A DNA stretch of 37,468 nt from positions 1 to 37,468 of the forward strand of contig JBLIRN010000031.1 in NCBI GenBank assembly GCA_049472315.1. Direction: 5' to 3'. The notes under the pieces are model-generated. The model was not told the DNA's origin, made no database searches, and saw only the letters and a program-made list of their open reading frames with translations. This DNA comes from a bacterium. GTDB lineage: Bacteria > SZUA-182 > DTGQ01 > JAFGSM01. Below are positions 37,001 to 37,468 of this stretch, piece by piece; the stretch's first letter is position 1, and every line of letters begins with the position of its first letter. The position numbers and the translations under genes were made by a program.

Positions 37001-37413
37001 TGAGCGGGGACATGGAGCTTCCCGAGGGGTATCAGCCGGATGACCTTGGCAATGATGTCATGGTACAGGTTCAAATCGGCGCGGTCGTGGGCACGGATTT
37101 CGTTTCCATGAAGGAGCGGAGAAAGCGGAAGAAAAGCCGGTACTGGTCCTATCACAGGGGGCATAACCGGGACGGGATCGAGGGGACCGATATGGAAGTA
37201 AAGGACCTCTGGATTCACTGGGACAAGAGGGACAAGGGGAAGGCCCGTTTTCACCTGAATGCGGACCTGTTCAATATGGAAAGGGATGACACCGGGGTGA
37301 TCGCCGTGTCCATTCTTATCCCGCTCGAGGGATGCGGAAGCCTCTCAGGGGGCCGGATGGTGACCTGTTATTTCTCCAGGAACCTCTGGTACTATTACCT
37401 CTGGAAATGGTAA
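34015..37413 (+). CDS. Large secreted protein: NosD/CASH-type parallel beta-helix + Ig-like + PKD + several HYR-like domains
   Basis: AAGGAGGAGG RBS; signal peptide ending ASA; Asn/Ile-rich PbH1 repeats and GNYW; NRPPVADAGPDQ...LDASASTDPDGDTLEYLW (PKD); DTIPPVITCP...TVTYTASDGSGN repeats (HYR). Confidence 0.88.
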   Translation: MSTTRSRICLTAFLFLMILVLIFPLRASAFVREVGSGKLYPSIGAALIAAETGDVIIVYAGSYKECVLVEKSVTIQAAERESARIQGNGQYGFKITADHVSITGFIVEDSPQYGILLENAEFCTISDNHIVQNNTDGVVIIASRYNVIVNNYIHHNGFMGINVTVNSSNNNIVNNRIISNYRQGIYLTKTHQNNIVNNEISNNLYNNMYLSASNYNSISNNIINNNNNYSCIEISQSQYNNITNNVISHTSHYTIRFGSGSYDNAVYLNDFLGGKPYAQNAQNQWYSPDEITYVYKGTTFTSNLGNYWHNYLGRDVTNEEESEDGIGDTPFAPNTSTPGEIDYYPLVCRFNELDPDGNYLNYVVDVRVDPDQGRQGETLDVAIRGFNFAAITALDFGEGITVNSFTVESPILITANISIDNVASTRYRDVVMSKPLFTLVLSGCFNVLPSNRPPVADAGPDQTVEPDRPMGAEVCLDASASTDPDGDTLEYLWTWSGGSKEGAKVWVVLPLGETTVNLTVKDGIESATDAVHISVVDTIPPVITCPEDVTLTVNETCTAQVDITASVLDACDSYPDMSSDAPAEYPLGETIVTFSAVDNSGNSSSCTAQVTVIDDSPPVAASVPLDVYLNNDPGECGASVPWTSPSFTDNCGEVRVDGSHAPGAFFPVRCEEGATGTTVTYTASDGSGNTASYGFVVTVTDTEHPSALNCPGDIRVSCEPGLDGAMVQWIAPTFADNCSVRNVSSSHQPGDFFPVECGENPQGTLVTYAATDGCGNSARCSFNVTVVDEQAPVVLDSPGDITVPCDPGANGAAVQWTPPSFTDNYKVANISSTHQPGEFFPAECGENPEGTLVTYTATDVCGNVSTCSFTVRVLDNENPRIVILSPEEGIYHTTEGIVEIRYVATDNTDPSPETTITLDGEPAEDYLNICGLSLGPHTIVVTSVDHCGNTSEAAMTFQVQPEPLSMDIDRLHVHWEPDYLNRRKRSWKPRNDRLTVSGDMELPEGYQPDDLGNDVMVQVQIGAVVGTDFVSMKERRKRKKSRYWSYHRGHNRDGIEGTDMEVKDLWIHWDKRDKGKARFHLNADLFNMERDDTGVIAVSILIPLEGCGSLSGGRMVTCYFSRNLWYYYLWKW

Positions 37414-37468
37414 CGTATTCATAGTATTACGCCTAAAACAGCTTAAAAGACCGCCCCGTGCCCGAATC

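Overview
Bacterial chromosomal window, probably from an anaerobe, with a moderately GC-rich coding background. No rRNA, tRNA, CRISPR array or transposase was recognised. Main contents: (1) 1032-6859, a compact + strand cluster of a PpiC/parvulin-related protein, a 2x cNMP-C39 peptidase-ABC transporter with intact protease residues but degenerate ATPase motifs, a sensor-less sigma-54 activator, and a small double-glycine-leader peptide ORF directly behind an IHF site and a sigma-54 promoter. This is the best candidate for an undescribed peptide processing/signalling system. (2) An orphan PilB/GspE ATPase with a long N-terminal extension. (3) Cupin, metallophosphoesterase, MucR and a hybrid histidine kinase. 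(4) A minus-strand redox operon (CooF-like ferredoxin, hfsA/hfsB(hydS)/hfsC-like sensory genes, NuoE/NuoF/NuoG-N-like module) with no catalytic hydrogenase subunit. (5) Two tandem DUF4139-like exported proteins, a short MutY, an SH3 protein and a secreted rhodanese. (6) Three unlinked signal-peptide-bearing Gly/Met/Tyr low-complexity proteins and a large beta-helix/PKD/HYR secreted protein behind a second sigma-54 promoter. All family calls come from motif recognition by eye, not database searches.
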